From Vicugna vicugna (Eukaryota), in assembly GCA_013265495.1 (NCBI GenBank), contig MU058687.1, forward strand, positions 4,462,093 to 4,526,092: a DNA stretch of 64,000 nt, written 5' to 3'. Position numbers and translations under genes: made by a program. Below are positions 41,011 to 53,330 of this stretch, one piece after another (the stretch's first letter is position 1; each line of letters starts with the position of its first letter). The notes beneath the pieces are model-generated. The model was not told where the DNA came from and did not search any database. It saw only the letters and a program-made list of their open reading frames with translations.

Positions 41011-41861
41011 CCTGCCTCTTAGTGATTGTCCAGCATGACTGTTACTTCCACTACTTCTTCTTCCTCTCCTCCTCCTCCTTCTCCACTCTTTACCGTGTAG
41101 TATCTCGTTGTCTTTGCCTTTTTTTCCCTCCAAGGGTACATTCACCGACTCCTGTCTAGAGCTGAATTTATAGCCACAAAGCAGGATAGAAGTCTTTGTT
41201 TCCAAGCCAATGGGCTGAGTTTCCAGAGGCGTTAATTCTAGGGATTAGTGCTATCCCATATAAAATCACTGAAGGATGGTGTCTGAGGTTATTTCATTGG
41301 CCTCTGTGATAGTCCCTGAAGTGTAATTTATTCCACAGTCCCTGGACACACATGTTCATACTGTCTGGAACAGGCTGTGCTTGCCTTTCCCAGAAACCTT
41401 CACCCAAACAGGACCAGACGTAGATCAAGGTCTGCCAGCCCACACCCACCGCAGAGGTCTGTCCTCTGCAGACCATGCTGCTGCTAAGCTAGAAATAATC
41501 CGTGGTGTCTCACATCCCCCCCCTCTTTTTTTTCATTCTCTTTAATGACCAACTCCATAAGCACTCAAAATGAATAAGTGATAGGGTTTGTTCTTCCAGA
41601 CTCTTCAGCTTCCCGTGGTAATTTGCACATTCTAGGGGGAAATCCATTAGGAGAAGCTAAATGGATTAAAAGATAATAGAATTTGGAGAACAGGACTCAG
41701 TGAATCACAAATAAATGTATTACTTTCACAGTTGTTGCAGTTGCTCAGTCCAGGCTTAGTCCTTTCACCACAGGGCCAAGGTGCTTGGAGCATCACGGAG
41801 TGCTTGATAAGAGCAGATGAAAGGAGAAAATGATCTCCATAAATAGAAAGTTTAGATTTAA

Positions 41862-42177
41862 TAGTCATCCCTCCATATTTGCAGGGGATTGGTTCCAGGA
41901 CCCCAGCGAATACCCAAATCCACAGATGCTCAAGTCCCTTATATGAGATGGTGTAGTATTTGCATATGACCTGTGCACTGTCCTCCTGTGTACTTTAAAT
42001 CATCTCTAGATTACTTATAATACCCAATTCAGTGTAAATGCTATGTAAATAGTTGCTAGCATTTGGCAAATTGAAGTTTTGCTTTTTAGAACTTTCTGGA
42101 ATTTAAAAAAAATTTTTTTCAATTCCTAGTTGTTTGAATCTGTGGATGCGGAACCCACAGATATGGAGGGCTGATAG
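41862..42177. mobile_element. MER2/MER2B (TcMar-Tigger MITE), near full length
   Basis: agtcatccctc...ggggattggttccaggacccc...gatgctcaagtccctta...tactttaaatcatctctagattacttataatac...gaatctgtggatgcggaacccacagatatggagggctga; the termini are inverted. Confidence 0.93.
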
Positions 42178-42221
42178 TACTAAGTTCGCCAGGGACTGCC
42201 AGTGCTTCACTGATAATATTA

Positions 42222-42305
42222 GAAAATAAATTTATTTCCAGCTTTATCGAAGTATAATTGGCAAAATTCTAAGATATTACAGTATACAATGTGATGGTTT
42301 GATAA
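42222..42305 (-). mobile_element. Short L1 3'-terminal fragment
   Basis: cagctttatcgaagtataattggcaaaa...gtatacaatgtgatggtttgata. Confidence 0.6.
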
Positions 42306-42932
42306 AGGAATTCTTAAGGGCATAAAGGCAAAAATTAACACTGTAAAACATAAAACAACTAAAACAGCAATAGAGTCTTGCTCCCCAAGCTTAGTCACTA
42401 ATACCATTGAGAAATACCAGGAATTGGGATGTAGAAAAGATCTCAGAGATCACAGGAGCCATCCAGGGACCACAGAAGAATTCTGGTGCTGGAAAACATT
42501 GGCAAGGCTCTATTCTCATCACTACTCCTTAATCTGCATTTACTTCTTAGAGCCCATGTAGGGACCATGTGGGTGGAAAATATTCTCCCAAACCAGCGAG
42601 AAGTAAGTCTCTTTTGTTCTGTATGTCACGAATTCCGCATGCTGTCTGGTTGGAGAGGAAGGTCTGACCCTGAAGTTCTCACGCATTTGCTACTGTTTCA
42701 ATAGGTAGATCTTCAGTGAGGTCCCAGCTTGTCTCCATCTGTTACTTCTGGAGTATTTTGGCCTTCATCTGGAGGAAGGTGACAGGAAAGCATTCTGTTC
42801 CTGCAGAAAATTTGCTTGTCATCAGAGTAACTGTGTACTGTCGAAACAGCCACTGCCTACATACATCGCTCTGCCTCTTGAAAGCTAGCATTTTGGTGTG
42901 AATCAGTTATGAAAAGTGATGAACACCACCCC

Positions 42933-42934
42933 TG

Positions 42935-42975
<41 letters not shown>
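42933..42975 (+). repeat. (CA)16 microsatellite preceded by tgcacgcgcg
   Basis: Perfect alternating purine-pyrimidine run. Confidence 0.97.
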
Positions 42976-42977
<2 letters not shown>

Positions 42978-44492
42978 CACCTGAAAACTGGAGACATAAC
43001 AGAAATGTCTAGAATTGTGGACGCTCATACAGAGCACTTCAAATAATATTAAAATTCAGCCACTTGTGAAGAGTGAGTCATAGCAGAAATTTAGGGTTAT
43101 GTAAACTGGTTCTAATCAAATAATTCAGGTTTCTGTGGTGCTTTACAGCTTTACAGTAGTGATTTCATATTTATTTTCTCCTGTCCTTCTGCAGAGACCT
43201 TGTAAGATATTTACTCATTACCCATTTCTTAACACAAAGAAAACCGGGCTGAGTGGTTTTCCCAGGGTATTATAGCCTAAGAAATGACAGAACTATTAAA
43301 TTCACATTCTAAATTATATTTTTCTCTTATTTTCTTTATTTTGAGATAAATAGTTTTCCTCTGATACCAGGGTATAAGCCAGGATAAGAAATACCTGAAG
43401 TCCCTTGAAAGATTGTTTCAAAAAGGGACCGTGAAAGCTTTTTCCCTTAGAGGTTCACTTTGGCATTTTATTGCACTTAGAGAAGGCCAGTCTGTCTCCA
43501 TGGTATCTCTTGTGCCGGGAAAACTTCCCTGGGATCTTCGTGTACAAAGCAATGAGGTAGCATTTCTCAAAAGCAAAGTGCGTTGCTAAGCAGTTAACCA
43601 TCTAGAAAATATTAGTAATAATTATTTTAATGCTATTCTTTTAAAAAAATATCTGAATTAAAACATAGGAATAGGAATAAAGCTTGGACCTACTGCATTG
43701 TTTTCTAAGTGTTACATGCTGGAATGTACCAGGGTCATTGAAAATAAGGTGCTGTGAAGTAGAGTGATTCTTGAAAGACTGAGTATGGCAGACATGTGAG
43801 ACTTTGTAAGCTAAATCATAAGGCCATTGCCTAATTGGGATATATAGGACCAAGACGCTATCAAAGAGTTGTAAATTATCAAAGTGTTGGGCAGAAAACG
43901 AATGACTGAATATCTTCTTAAAATCACTAGGAACTTAAGGAGGCTGACGGTAATGATAACATTAGAACTTTTTTGAAACATTGGGGCAAAAGCAGTTTTA
44001 GATACAGGATCATGATCTGAAAACAGAACTGATATTCCAAAAGAGCAACTCAAAGTCCAAACACTACGTATTTTTTTCCCTTTGGAAAATAGTGTACAGA
44101 AGTCAGTGAGAAAGAGCAAAGCCATTGTGCTTCCCCTAGGACAGAAGAAATAAGACAAGCCATCCAGGGAATGAATTTCCATAGGAGAGGGCAAGGGATC
44201 GCGAGGGATGACTTAGTAGAAAATGTGCAGGTAAAGAGCCGTTCTCCTCAAAGTTCTTTCTAACCCTACAATTCCATATTTCTTTCTCACTCTCGGGGCT
44301 GATGGCTTTGCCAGTGCTGCCTGCACTGTGCCTTTGAAATGAGAAATGACAATTAAAATGAGAACATTCAAGTATTTTAAAATAACTGTCCAATAATCTT
44401 TGCTTGTGGATCTCGTTTGAGTGGTGAATGTGTGCCCACTGATCTCCATGCATGGGGCCATCTAATGACTTTCATTTGGCCATTTTGGAAAG

Positions 44493-44591
44493 AGTTACAG
44501 CAGGAGTCCTCTGTAGAATGTCCCCTAATGAGGTGAGAACAGTTGTAGCCACTAGGGACATTCTTGATGTTGGATCACTCCCACTGTAACT
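44493..44591. repeat. Imperfect ~100-nt inverted-repeat (hairpin) element, copy A
   Basis: agttacagcaggagt pairs with actcccactgtaact; agaatgtccc pairs with gggacattct. Confidence 0.85.
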
Positions 44592-45662
44592 ATCTTGCCG
44601 CAGAACAGCAAGAGTTCCCTTGGTCCGCAAGTCAACCAAGATCTGGGTATCTAGGCCTAACTGCATGCATCCTGTCATTTGACATGACTTATGTATTCTG
44701 TTGTAAGAAAAGGAAGAGAGTCCTGATAAATAATATATCCGTATTCCAGGCATTGGTTTTATAGATTTCACTTGAATCAATTAAATTTATAAGTAGAATT
44801 ATATTCTCATGTCATGTTAACTATAAAAAATAAGGTGACAGTATTATACCTGTTCTGTAACCTCACATCAAATGAATATCTAGAAAATCTCTCGTGCTAC
44901 CAGTGGGTCATTTAAGTTTCTTGTTGGCTATATGCATTCTACTTCTATTTCAGAATGTAGCAAATATCATGTTATTTTTAAGACTTCTAAACTGATGATT
45001 AAATTTCAAATAATTTCCATGCCAAATGTCCTAAAATTTTTTAATGAAAATCTGATTAGCCTTCAAAATCAAAATTTTTAAAAAAAGTCAACATTACCAT
45101 GATTTCAAGTCCTAATCTGCATTTAAGTCCACCTTTAAAATTAAATACTGTCAGGATTGTACACTCAGAGGCTTTCTTGGAAAAATAGCTTATACAAATG
45201 CCATGTGCAGATACTTACAATTGGCAATATAAACACAGGAAGTGATGTGGAAAAATAACTTCTTTTGTTCATATTTGTAAGCTTTGTTTCCATCTTTAAA
45301 TAGACAGTAAAATTGTTTATCATTCAAACCAAATCCATTTGTTCCATTGTCTATTAGTCTCTATCTCTTCACACTTGGATTGGAGGCAGGGGAAACAGGC
45401 CTTGAAAACGCCACGGAAAAATAATTCTTGCGCAGACTCTGTCTAACAGAATTAAGAAATTAATGAGAGATGCTTGGTTTGGACATATGGTGCTTACGTG
45501 AACTGGAAAACTTTGATTTGAGCTGGTTCAAGTTTTAATACACCATCCATACACACATATATTTGGACAGATATATGGGATTTGAGAGATTTGGAAAACT
45601 TGGTCCTTTCCTTGCCTTTTGTGAGCAAGTGGTGATCTATGCTGTTTGCCTCTGTGCCCAGC

Positions 45663-45740
45663 TAGAGTGTCTTCTAACAAAGTGAGAATGGTTGTAGCCA
45701 CTAGGGACATTCTTGATGTTGGATCACTCCCACTGTAACT
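45663..45740. repeat. Second copy (B) of the hairpin element, same orientation
   Basis: 45691-45740 is identical to 44542-44591 (50/50); the preceding 28 nt are 20/28 identical. Confidence 0.95.
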
Positions 45741-46719
45741 TCTGAGGATAAGTGGGTAGTAATTCTCTTTAGTCGTAAGGATGCCATAGTGCAGCTGTTC
45801 CTGTCACATCTGTGCGTGTGTGCTTCTCTGTGTGTGTTTTTGAGTGTATGTGTGTACGAAGTTAAATGATCTTTAGTATGGGTTGGTCGCCAAAACCATA
45901 GTGTGAGCACAAGTCTTCTATGTAAAGAAAACAACTCCAGAAGAAGGAGCCGCATCTATAGAAGATACACAGAAATACAAGAAAAGTCGACGTCTGACCC
46001 TTTCTCTCCTTTCACTCTACCTCGGACAGCTGGTTTCACTAAATAAGACCATGTTATTATCACTACCATTTCTAGAGGTCCTTAACTTGTCCCCAGTGTT
46101 TAGCGTTTCTGCAGGTGTGTTCTCACATGTCCTGAATGAAAATGCAAACACACAGAAACAGAAACACACACACAGATTGATACATTTCATATAGTAAGTA
46201 TATATATATTCTATTTTATGCACATACTTAAAATATAAACATCTTAAGCTAAGAGAAACATTAAGTAATGGAAGAAAATTAGCAAATTGTGCAAGATACA
46301 GCAAATTTACCTTTTATCAAAGGTAAAACTTTTTAACTTTACTGATGCCTTCCACAGAGCTCAGTTTTCCTCAGCGTGGCGTGCTGAGCGATACATGACG
46401 CGGCAGCAGAGCTCACCCCAGGATTGGAATTCTACGACCACTGCAGGCCTAGGAAGAGTCAAACTCTCTGTATTGATCTGGAACTAGATTATACCTACTT
46501 TTCCCGTGAGCCTTTGCTTTTGTATCCTCCTCTTCTGCCAGCAACCGTCCCCTGGTTCCCATCTCGCCCACCTTCCTCAGTGTCACTGACAAATGAGTTT
46601 ATTTGTGGACCGCTTTTAGTACTGTGTCTGACGCCTTGTGAACACTCAATAAATGTAAGCTACTATCCTTATTACACTTTGATCCTTTCCACATCCTCTT
46701 GATGTTTTTAGGGCAAATA

Positions 46720-46830
46720 ATTTAATCCCCATTTTATTAAAAGGAAACTGAGACTAATGGAGGTTAGGAGGTTACCTGACTTGTCTCCACTCTCAGGATT
46801 AGTGATTAGAACTCCAGTATTTTAGGCCCG
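46720..46830 (-). mobile_element. MIR SINE core
   Basis: aatccccattttattaaaaggaaactgagactaatggaggttagg. Confidence 0.65.
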
Positions 46831-47079
46831 TTCTTATTTTTCTACACTAAACTTTTAAGTGAGTTTTTTTTTTTTTAAATACTTCCAAGAAAATGATTTT
46901 AAACTCATGGCTTGTCTTAAAGGCCATGCATTCATTTAATAATTTTGAATATGTTTTACCTGAAGTGACAGCCAAAGTGTAGTTCTAGTAACCTCTATGG
47001 GTGGTCTCAAACTGCTGTATGTATTCAGTACGTCCCATTAAGCATAATTTTATGAAAGTTTCGTAAACAATTCCATCGC

Positions 47080-47800
47080 CCTTAACTGGATTTTCAGCCA
47101 GCATCAGCATCTATTGAGAATACCCGTAACACTGTATGAATAAGTCCATAGAGAGGACTCGGTGAGTACACATGGAGACGCAAAGAAATTCTTCCTGGGA
47201 TTTCGGGGAATGCCCCTGGGAAGGGGTGTCACTTGAATTCAGTATTAAATGATGGATAGATTCGTCCAGTGGAGAAGAGCAGACCGAAGGGCATACATAG
47301 GGTGGCTCCTTCAGACTGAGGGGGCCAAATGTGTTAAGGAGCGAGAAACAATGAATGATCCCATGTGGTCAAACCATATTGGTGGCATCATGGCTATCGT
47401 CCTCGGCTTCAGAGTTTGAAGATGATTTGGTAGCATCTGAGCTGCAGTAGAGGTTTTTAGGAAGAAGAGTTCCATGACCAGGTTTGTGATTTAAAAAGAC
47501 GACACTGGCAGCAGGGTGACAGAAGAATCGCCAGGGTTCAAACTGCAGTCATATGATCGCACGATTTCAGGAGTGAAGTGATGAAGACTGAGATGAAGGA
47601 AGTGGCCGTGGAGGCGAAGAAAAGGGAACACGTGTCAGAAAAATGTTGTAGGTAAATGCAGCAGAGCTTGGCACCGGATGAAGTACACAGAATAAATGAA
47701 ATGGAGATGATGGAAAAGTGGCTGAGATAGGTGAGTGGATAGTTGTTGCCATAACCAGGATAGAGAGGGAGATAAGCTCCTTTTTTGATACAGATTAGGT
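47080..47800 (-). mobile_element. L2 LINE 3' region
   Basis: catctattgagaatacc...aaattcttcctggga...gtttttaggaagaagagttccatgaccaggtttgtgatttaaaaagac...gtgagtggatagttgttgccat. Confidence 0.7.
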
Positions 47801-47914
47801 TTAATTGTAAGAATGCCATTTATTCGCTTACCATGTTTGTCACAGTAATACATCTTGTATTTTCTTATAAAAGTAATTAAGATAGTCTTTTACCCTGAGT
47901 TTTAGTAGTTTACC

Positions 47915-48040
47915 TTACTAGATGGTAAGATGCTTGAGGGCAAAGCCAGCCAAGTATATATGTCAGTCATTTTTTAAATACCCAGCTCCTTAGTGCCTGG
48001 CACGGAGTAGCCAACACGTATTTGATGAATTGGATTGAAG
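47915..48040 (+). mobile_element. L2 3' terminus
   Basis: actagatggtaagatgcttgagggca...cccagctccttagtgcctggcacggagtag...tatttgatgaat. Confidence 0.7.
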
Positions 48041-48726
48041 CTGAATGTACTACGGCAAGAGGAAAAATGCTTTGAGAATTTCCTTGCCTCTTATCCAGTT
48101 CTTTGGTTTATCTCAGCCTTTTCATTGTGGTTCCCGTGAGCTTTTTCCAGTGCTGCAAACACTTCTGGTTGACAAGAAGAAAAAGAGAGTGAGTGAGACG
48201 GAGGAGGGGGCATTTCAGCATCTAGATAGAAGTCCACAGGTTTGCCTCTCGTAATTTTCACCTTTGATGGGGAACTGTCCCAGGTTTCATCCACTAGGCT
48301 AAGGTCCGGACGTGGCACCTTCTTAAATCAAGCTTAAAGGAAAATTGATTGAAAACATCATTATGGGAAAACAATTCATTCTCTTCCCCTGACAGAAGGG
48401 AGACTTTTGTCTATATTGTAGAATAAATATTAGCTGGCTGATTGCTTTAAGATCTGAAGCCTAGAGGAATTATGGTGACTCTGCTCTCCTTTTACAGAGA
48501 GATTTCTTTTAACTTTAGAGACTTTTGATACAGAGGCTTTCATTACGTTCCAGAGAGTTGCATTTTTTCTCCCTGTGTGATTATTTGTATTAACTAGGAT
48601 AGGCTTCGGAAGACTCATGCAGATACTTCTGTGCGCAGCTGCGTATTTCTCTTGAAGTGTATATTCCTCCAGACAGGGGGTAAGCAGATGTTTTCCGTTT
48701 TTCTACTCAGGCCTTAAATATCATAG

Positions 48727-48730
<4 letters not shown>

Positions 48731-48756
<26 letters not shown>
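48731..48756 (+). repeat. (TG)13 microsatellite
   Basis: Perfect dinucleotide run. Confidence 0.97.
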
Positions 48757-48763
<7 letters not shown>

Positions 48764-49559
48764 TGTGGAAAGAAAATGAATCTGAACTCATAAAGGTAGA
48801 GTGGAAGGAAAAAGGTAGAATCATGACTACCTAACACTTCTGGTGATGAAAAATTCTTCCTCATCCTTTAGAAGGAGCCTGAAGGATGCCTATGTTGTCA
48901 GAACCCATCCTTTCAGTTGACAAAAGTTGGATTCACTTTCTCTTGCAGAAATTGCAAACTAGCATCTCTGGGGATTGAGGGGGCTGGGCAAAGTCTAGCC
49001 CTGAAACTGTGTTTGATCCACATTAAATGACATGGGGCGGGCACGCCCTTTCCATTTCAACACAGGCCCCGTCACCCCTATCCTGTAATGCCTGGCCTAG
49101 TTCACGCAGTTGTCAACTTCCCAGCTCCCAGAAGAGGTGAGTCTGACCGTCTTGCTAAAGTTTTTTTAGTGTAACTCTGCGCTTTGATGGAAGTTGGTTT
49201 CCCCCATAGCAATGAAGTCAGACTCGGTTCCTGAGAGAGCAATAAACAAGTAACAAATGTTCTTAAGCTAAGGCCCTCCTGGACTGACTCCCCAAGTCAC
49301 CTTGGAAGTTTCATGGGTCTTCTCAAAAATAAGATGTCTGTCAATGTGTTTTCTACCTCCCATGCCTCTCTGAACATCACCCCTGCCATCCAGGTGGCTC
49401 TTGCTCTGCGAGACGACATGGTGTGAATGTATTTGACTGAGTCCTGGCCAGTAAAGTGTTGTTAAGGTACAAAGCCAGTGATGCTTTTTTCCGAAATGGT
49501 CTCCTTTTGAGCAGCGTTGGAAGCATAGCGTTTTCTTGATTCTTTTAGATCTAATGTTT

Positions 49560-49705
49560 TCACTTTTCTCCTGAGCTTTTTCTTCTTCCCTCTCTCTTTC
49601 TTTCCATTCTCCTTCCTTTTTTACTTCTCTCCTCTCTTTGTCCCTTCCCTCCTCTCCCTCCTTCTGTCCCTCTTTTTCCTCTCTCTCTGTTTCTTCCTTT
49701 CTTTA
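49560..49705 (+). repeat. Polypyrimidine (CT-rich) low-complexity tract
   Basis: ~145 nt almost exclusively C/T. Confidence 0.9.
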
Positions 49706-51194
49706 GAAAATCTTTGCAAGAGTTAATGGGCTTCGGATCTCAAAATTAGGTTATTCTGTCATAAAGCCTGGAGAATTGATGTTTGAATTCTCCTTGGCTT
49801 GAGTCAATCCTTTATCCTTTTTAGGTAAATGAATTAAGTCTCATGCAATTTCCTGTGTGGGAGACTCTTTTTAGATGAATCATTTAAATTGAAAGCCCTG
49901 TCTGCTCATCAAGGGGCATGGTTTTAGAGTTCTCCTGAATGTTTCGTGCACACTTAGTACAGTCATTGAGGTACATCAGGCCACCCTGTGCCTGAATCCA
50001 TAACAAATCTTTATTCATATGTGGTTATTTGGGTAAAGGGTATAACTGCAGTTTTGCATCTTCAAAATCTCTGTTCAAAATTTCCCTTGGGCCATTTAAA
50101 AATAACCTCTCTTTGTTCCTTTTTATCTTGAAACTTTTAATGCAAAGACCTCAGGCCTAACTTCAGCCTCAGAGACCAGAATTCATGTCCCATCCCATTC
50201 AGCCGTCCGACCCCTTGTCCACTGTTGATACTCAGGACGGATGAAATAGTAATGGTGCTGTTTTTCACCCCTGAAGTGACAGCGTGTTATGAATGCCATG
50301 ATTTCTGCATAGTACTGTGAGGTTTTAATGGGCCATTGGAAGCCTACAGGGACACATTTACATGCTAAATTGTTTTCATAACCAGCATCAAATGATTCTA
50401 GAAAAAGCCAGGCAGATCTTCCTCACAAGGAAGATCTAGTGTCTTCACCTTTGCAATCGTTCTAGGGGGCTTGTTAAATCTGCTCAGAACTCTCTTTGTA
50501 AAGAGCAACTCCCAATTAAGCGTTAATGAGTGTCATTCCATTTTGTAGTCCCAAACTTTCTCTTGAAATCACGTGGCAGGGGGGCTAGGGGGAGGCCAGC
50601 CAAGGTTTATTTATGCCTACGTGGTGCTGGGAATCTCAACAGACTAGTGAGATCTTTCCCAAATGTTAACAGACTAGGAACCAGAGACGCAGATCAGCTA
50701 CTTACCTGGCACAAGTTCACACAACTAATGGACAACAGAGGCACAGTTTCAATCCAGCTCTTTACGAAAAAACAAAAAAGAAGGTGTTCTTTCTACAACA
50801 AGCTGCTGCTTTTATCCCACGTAAACCTTGCAACTCCCACGTGGGGCAGGACTGCCAGGTACAACTAATGGGTTGTCCTCGCACGTAGGGGTCTCACATT
50901 TCTAGAATGCCTCACTATTTTGATAAGATTTTCATTCGTGTTACCGATTCAGATCTCAGCAGCACTCTTTGTGATGTATTCCCATTTTACAGAGAAGTCC
51001 TTTTGGACTGAAGAGAGTTGGGAATTTATCAGCTCTTGTCTGGGAATAGTTCCTTGCCTCTGTGTGTGTGTCTCTGTGTGAGAGAGAGAGACAGACAGAA
51101 AGAGAGAGAATCCAATCAAATCAGTCAAACAACAAATATTCAGTTTCCGGTATGTGTCTATCATTAAGCTAGGCACTATGAGTGATTCAGACTA

Positions 51195-51430
51195 ACAACT
51201 TACAGCATTTGACATTTATTGAGCTTTCATTACAGTAATTACCTTATGTGCGTTGCTTTGCTTAGTCCTCATAGCCTTGTAATGGACATACTGACTATCC
51301 CAATTCTTGCTGATGTAGAAACTGTGACTCGAAATCAAGTAGCTCGACTGTGGTCTCACAGTTAATAGGTAGTAGAGTCAAGAATCAAACCCAGGCTGTC
51401 CAATTCTAGAGCTTGTGTTCTTAAACAGTA
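51195..51430 (-). mobile_element. MIR SINE
   Basis: gacatttattgagc...tagtcctcatagcctt...gatgtagaaactgtgactc...ggtctcacagttaataggtagtagagtcaagaatcaaacccaggctgtc...tcttaa. Confidence 0.8.
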
Positions 51431-53129
51431 CAGAACATCACGTAATCACACAGCACGGGCCTCCCTTGTGGTGCTAGCATATAGGTGGCAAGACAGCAGC
51501 AACACGGGAGGAAAGATTGACCTGGTTCTTAGAGCATGATCTGGACGTCGATCTAAGTAGAGAAGAAGGAGAGGGTGTTCTAGTCAAGGAGGAAACAAAA
51601 TGACAAATCCAGAGACGCTGGAATGGCACAGGAATTCAGTTTTATTTTAGTTTTGTCCTACGCTGAGTTATGATACCTGATGTAATAATATGAGAAGGAA
51701 CGGACTTCACTTTCCTGGAGTATGGAGTTGGCAACAGTAGACGTTGGGAAGCGTGACAGCCACGGGGTCTGAAAGGCTTCAAGGCTCCTGGAGGAGGAGT
51801 GTGCATTGCAAACCCTGCGCAGACGGCAGAGCCATCAGCCCAGGCAGACTGAGGCCGCAGTCTAACCCCGAGAGGAGAGACAAATCCACAACAGCGAAGC
51901 AGGGGCCGTCTCCCTGGGCAAAGCCTCAGGAGCGAAGAGCTTGTCCGAAGCCAGAGAGCCCTTCCAGATGCCGGGAGGGACCGCAGAAGAAGGACATTCA
52001 CAGAGGAGGAAGAGAGGCACCCCAGCCCTTAGCAATTCTGGTGGGTGTTTTCTTCCCACACGCTTCGCTGAGCGCTGCTGTAAGTCAGACACCAGTGAGC
52101 ACCAGCAGCTGCCGGGACTGAGGGGAGCAGAGACAACTGAGCAATTAACCTTTGGTGATGGGTGTGAAACTCTAATTAAGAGCAGAGTCTCTTCCATTAT
52201 ACGGGAGGGGGAACTGCAGAAAAATGTGTGAGGGGGATGAGGGAGTGAAAGTTAGGAGAGGGCCAATGTGTTAGCAAGCCAGGTGTGAAATTCGTCCGAC
52301 GACAGGTGTAAGAGGGTGGGAGCAGCAAAGGGGAGCGTCATCTGATTTTCCTGTTTTGCAGTTGCCTTTTCTTCTCCATCCCAGTTAACCGGGCACTGAC
52401 TATTGTGCTCAGAAGCCAGCAGCTCCAGGGAGACCTGAAGTGAGATACTTGTGCTTTTCTCTGTGGTAACTCCTTTCTTATGTGTTGAGTATCCCTGGTA
52501 ATTTCTATGTAAATTTGCTCAGAGTAGCAATTAAACAGCTTTTCTGTTGACAGATGTGGAACATCTTAATAGTCGACTGACTGTGCTCCATCACTTGCAA
52601 GGGTTTGGAAGCAGGGTTGTGAAGGCTGTAGAGATGGGCGCTGGGAAGTGGGAGATCTTGGGAAAGCCTATTTCCACAGCACCCTATTTAATTTCACCCA
52701 GTTTTAGACAGGAGGAAATAAGCTTCTATACCTTGTGAACCTGGTTCCTTGTTCTGAATCTTCCCTCCTTTATCACCTGGCTAATAAATGCCTTTCAAAC
52801 AGAATCAAGAGGGAAGATCCCTCCAAAGTTGCCCAGGAGACTTTAGAAGCAAAGGCATGAGTTGTTCTGTGTCAAATGTTTCTCACTGTCCCTCTTCAGG
52901 AGACAGGCAGCAATGACATTTTTTTTTATGTGACTGGGGATGGGCATGGGGAGGAAGGCACTTGTGTTCTCCAGATGTTGCCTTTGCTTTACTCTATGAA
53001 GTGCAGAAGTTACTACCTTAAAGATAAAACATGAGAATCCTAAGATCCTTCTTTTTCAGCCCCACATCCTGCTCAGCATTTTCCCTGACCTTGCTGCATT
53101 AGCAGATGAAAACCTCACGTACGTATTTC

Positions 53130-53330
53130 ATGATAATGTACTACAGTTTCACAAGTGTGTCTGTATCACTTCATGTGATTCTCACAAAAACCTTAGGAGA
53201 TCAGTAGCCTAAGAACTGGCAGAACACTGTAGAAGGGGACAAGCTGGGGCCCAGAGAGGTCAGGGTACTTCCAAAGTCCCAAAGCGCAAGTCCAGTCTGC
53301 AGTCTGGTATCACCTTTCCATAGCTCTCTG
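53130..53330 (-). mobile_element. MIR SINE
   Basis: tcatgtgattctcacaaaaaccttaggaga...gctggggcccagagaggtcagggtacttccaaagtccca. Confidence 0.6.

Noticed and set aside
44493..45740. CRISPR-like or LTR-pair reading of the two 50-nt repeats
   Set aside because: There are only two copies 1.15 kb apart in a mammalian context, with no cas genes and no TG...CA termini, PBS/PPT or TSD
51642..52001. 119-aa minus-strand ORF resembling a mitochondrial targeting peptide (Arg/Leu/Ser-rich)
   Set aside because: It starts at GTG rather than ATG, its composition is explained by GC-rich DNA, and I recognise no downstream domain
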